64,000 bases of DNA, taken from positions 558,001 through 622,000 of the forward strand of contig NIVC01000337.1 of the NCBI GenBank assembly GCA_002269645.1. Direction: 5' to 3'. Source of the DNA: Macrostomum lignano. Lineage: Eukaryota. Made by a program: the position numbers and the translations under genes. How positions within the stretch are numbered: the stretch's first letter is position 1; every line of letters begins with the position of its first letter. Shown one piece after another: positions 60,334 to 64,000 of the stretch. The notes under the pieces are model-generated. The model saw only the letters and a program-made list of their open reading frames with translations. It was not told where the DNA came from and searched no databases.

Positions 60334-60902
60334 ATGAATGGAAAAAGAGCGGACAGCAATAGCAGGCTATTCAGGCTGCATATCCGTGTGCTCGATTAGG
60401 CTCCACCCGGGCCTCAAGCAGCTTTCTGAGACGCACTCAGCAGCCGGGCCGCAATGTCCCGCCCAGGCTCTCGGCTCTGCACAGCGCACAGAGACAATGA
60501 GGCAGTTCAGCCGGCCGGGCCACTCGTGCTCTGACAAGCAGCCGCATGATGCGCCCCACCCGCTTTGTTTGCCCAGTGAGTGTGGCAGGTCATTCAGTGG
60601 ATAGCCGCCATTTGCGAGGCCGAGGGCCATGAAAGCCTGTGTCAGTCAAGCTATTCAATTGTACAGCTGACTGGATTCTTTATCATAATAATAAACAAAA
60701 TCATCCCTGCTGTTGCAGCTGCGTTTGGCTCAAACTAATTTAGTACTTTATAGATTGCTCTGTGTACGTATTTACAAATTGACATATTTTATGTCGCGCA
60801 AACTGACACTAGTGTGAGCCTGGGCCCTGTCCCGTGACCTGCGTCACGTGAGTTTTTAATTCAAGTGCTAGGCAATCATAGCTGGACCATAAATATCTGC
60901 CC

Positions 60903-61346
60903 CTAGCAGCCAGGTTCCTAACAGCCAATCACAGCTGGGCTAGGCAAGGAACGCCGACCCCCATCCAGACTATCAGCCAGGTTACTGACAGCCAATCACA
61001 GCTGGGCTGGGCAAGGAACGCCGACCATCATCCAGACTAGCAGCCAGGTTACTGACAGCCAATCACAGCTGGGCTAGGCAAGGAACGCCGACCCCCATCC
61101 AGAGTAGCAGCCAAGTTCCTGACAGCCAATCACAGCTGGGCTGGGTAAGGAACGCCGACCCCCCCCATCCAGACTAGCAGCCAGGTTACTGACAGCCAAT
61201 CACAGCTGGGCTAGGCAAGGAACGCCGACCCCCATCCAGAGTAGCAGCCAAGTTCCTGACCGCCAATCACAGCTGGGCTGAGCAAGGAACGCCGACCCCC
61301 CCCCCATCCAGACTAGCACCCAGATTCCTGACAGCCAATCACAGCT
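60903..61346 (+). repeat. ~67-bp minisatellite, 7 CCAATCACAGC-containing units
   Basis: Units at 60921, 60988, 61055, 61122, 61192, 61259 and 61331. Confidence 0.95.
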
Positions 61347-62039
61347 TCCTTAGTCATGTGCTTCGACCTCTCAGATCCCATAACCAAAATATTTTAAGCA
61401 GCTCCTTATATCCCATTGTGACCAGGCTGGCAGGGCGTGGCACTTGGCTGCCAGCCAGTGCTGCTGGGTTTGCCGTAGAGAATCGCTGGCTGCCACACCC
61501 GGTCACAAAGGGTGGATGGCGGGAGGGGCGGTCATCGCAGGCTCCAATGCAATCGCTAGACAGATTGTGTGACTGCCACACCTTGGCCCAGTTTGCCTGG
61601 CTTCTTTTCTGTTTTTCAGCGCTTCTGCATTAGGCCGGTCTTCTGCTCCCTATTCTCATACAGACAATGATGCGGCTTCCTGGCTTACGCGGCGATCTGT
61701 CAGGGAGGCTGCGGCGGCTGCTGCTGCATCATAGAAGCTCAAGCTTAGAAGCCGCCCGCCCATCTCCTGGAAGATTTTCACGCTTGATTGCTTGAGCTGC
61801 AGAAACCTGGCAAGCACTAACTGGCCCGTGAAGCCTCTCTGTAGCCTCACTAGAATTGAGCCGGCTTTTGGGGGGGGGCGGGTGGGGATGGAGATTTGAA
61901 GACGAACATCCGGGATCCGGGAGTTAACAAGCAGCAATAGGAAGTGCTTGTGGGACCCGCGTGTTTTCAGTCTGTTCTGGACTGAATAATCCCGATCCCA
62001 TCCTTATTGAGCTGATGATGCAAATGACGCGAACTTCAT

Positions 62040-62390
62040 CGCATCTGAGTTTGGGCCCACGTTTGACTCTGGCACTAAAATGTCCCCGGGTTCGAATCGC
62101 AATGATTTGAGGCTCTGACCATGAAAGTTGGTCATGAGATTCCCTAGATTAGAAAGTCGGTGCCGCTGTACACCCCGTGTGAGCGGATGAACTATGCTAG
62201 CTGGGGATCGGTGCCGCTGTACACCCCGTGTGAGCGGATGAACTATGCTAGCTGGGGATCGGTGCCGCTGTACACCCCGTGTGAGCGGATGAACTATGCT
62301 AGCTGGGGATCGGTGCCGCTGTACACCCCGTGTGAGCAGATGAACTATGCTAGCTGGGGATCGGCTGTCGCATCCCATCCCCACTCTTCC
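62040..62390 (+). mobile_element. tRNA-derived SINE-like element whose body contains a 51-bp x4 tandem expansion
   Basis: A-box-like CATCTGAGTTTGG, then CTCTGG-16 nt-GGTTCGAATC (same spacing as the SINE at 1-298). The repeat at 62160-62363 contains CCGCTGTACACCCCGTGTGAG, matching CCGCTGTACACTCCTGTGTGAG at 102..81. Confidence 0.5.
62160..62363 (+). repeat. 51-bp tandem repeat x4
   Basis: Units at 62160, 62211, 62262 and 62313. Confidence 0.97.
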
Positions 62391-62525
62391 TCTCCCTCCC
62401 ATACTCAATACTCCGCATTTCACTTTCGTCTGCTCAAGAGACATTCCATCTCCGGTTCTGCACAGCAAATGTCAAAAGCGCAGCAGCCCATTGTCAGGTG
62501 GCAAAGCAAACAGAGATTCGCTTTC

Positions 62526-63377
62526 CTAGTGGGGCCACTTAGCAGCGGCAGCTGATGCAGACAATTCCATGCAGCCATGCACTTTACGAGTCCAGCCTTT
62601 CTGATCCAGCCGCCACGAGTCACAATGGCGGAGCTGGGAAATCAATAAGAGCACCGTGCCATTGCTGCTGCTATTGCAATTTTTCTGGCATTGCGAAAGC
62701 TTTTTCATTGATTGCCTGCAGGAATGCGCCGGGGAAGGCTGGGGTTCTGACTCAGCTGGATTGTTGCCAGGGGGGGGGAAGAAGACAAAAAAGTAATGAA
62801 AGCAGAATGATGCGTGCGCAGATTGCTTGCAAATTTTGCTTGAATTTTTTTGTATTCGGGAGTCCAGAAACATCCGCGAGCGTCGCGCAAAAATTTAATA
62901 TAATAATAACAATGGTATTTGATGCAGCAAGCAAACAGACCGCCAGTCTGCCTGCTCCAGTGCCTGGCATTTGCATTGTCTGACTCTATGGGGAAGTTCG
63001 CAGGCTATGCTCTGTGTCTATTTACACGGGCAGGCGCCGGTCGGTCACCGGAGCCGCTGCAGGCTGCGCAGGAACCGCCTGAGCCGCGGCCTGCTGTTGC
63101 CGAACAGCTGCCGCAGCGACTGCAGGCTGCGCCGGTTCTCCAGCAGGGCCCGCTGGCTCACCGTCACCGAGTGCCGGCTCTCCGCGTCCGTCAGCTGATA
63201 GGCCGTCACGTGGATGCCCTGCGCCAGGAACCGCCGCTCCTCCGGGCTCAGCGACTTCAAAGGTGACGACAGAGCGGCAGTGCCGGAGACGGTCGGCGAC
63301 AGCAGCATCGATAGCAGCAGAAGTGGCAGCAGCTGGAGGCTCAGGCTTGAAGGACACGAGGGCAACCGCTGCGGCAT
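62526..63377 (-). CDS. Putative secreted or signal-anchored protein of unknown function (~172 aa or longer)
   Basis: GC-rich ORF with a signal-like MPQRLPSCPSSLSLQLLPLLLLSMLLSPTVSG. A donor at 63048 (phase 2) can join an acceptor at 62716 in frame. An upstream in-frame ATG at 63557 adds a poly-Q leader. The second exon is speculative. Confidence 0.4.
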
Positions 63378-64000
63378 CGCATGGCCGCTGAGCTGAGGCT
63401 GAACAGCTGGCGGCCTCCGCCTCTGCTGCTGTTGCTGCTGCTCGAGTATTGCTGCTGGCGAGTTTTCTTTGCTGCTTTTGCTGCTTCTGCTGTTGCTGCT
63501 GCCGGGGCTGAGTCGCATAGCGGTGGGGAGGCGGGGGCTGAGCTGGCAGAGCTTCATATGAACTGGTGAAGCCCGAGCTCTAAGCGGGTCCTCCATTAGC
63601 CAGCCACAGCCAGCCAATGGGAGCGCAGCTGGCAGGCAGCACTGCACGACCCCGTTGGATTCCTCTGCGCTGATGAAAACCCATTAAAACAGTTTGACAC
63701 GAGCACAGGCCAGAGATTAAGGCTTGCTCAACAATGTTCACCTGCTGGGTTCTTTGACTCTTGCTTCGGCAGTTTACTCGGGACCTGGCTCACTCTGGCC
63801 TGCGACTGCCCTGACGGAGCCGCTTGGCTCAGTAGGGAAGCACAGGGACTGGGGGTACGGGGTTCGATTGCATTTTCCGGCCAGCTGAGCACTCGCATAT
63901 CGTAAATTGATTCTCGATGCGACTTGAGTCCTCCTGACGTCCTCCCCCTCCCAGCGGCCGACACCCCTTGGGGGCCCGCCGAGGTCCTCCCTCCGGCAGA

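Overview
This is eukaryotic (metazoan) genomic DNA, not prokaryotic. It has GC-rich exons with canonical GT-AG introns, and by my rough tally about 28 kb (~45%) is tandem repeat. That style (huge (CAGA)n, (GATA)n and (GGACA)n tracts, private minisatellites in introns, a TTAGGG-type repeat) resembles a free-living flatworm such as Macrostomum, but the taxon is an inference. I assembled gene models by hand from splice sites and reading phase: a 6-exon glutathione reductase (minus strand, 466 aa); a 2-exon, apparently intact DDD transposase (Sola2-like) with a C-terminal PHD finger (746 aa); a 4-exon orphan gene; a secreted PAN/apple-like plus fibrinogen-domain protein, with a broken partial paralog on the far side of a 9.3-kb 25-bp satellite; a 2-TM orphan flanked by two related 20-bp arrays in inverted orientation; a MARCH-like RING-CH E3 ligase; a secreted double-Kunitz protein carrying an unrecognised ~50-aa exon-encoded repeat module; a degenerate AGC-like kinase (probable pseudokinase); and a low-confidence secreted protein. 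There is also an internally deleted P/THAP9-like element with TIRs and a decayed TSD, three related tRNA-derived SINE-like elements, and an interstitial telomeric seed. There are no CRISPR arrays or rRNA genes, and most long ORFs in the supplied track are artefacts of tandem repeats. No database searches were run, so all family assignments rest on motif recognition.
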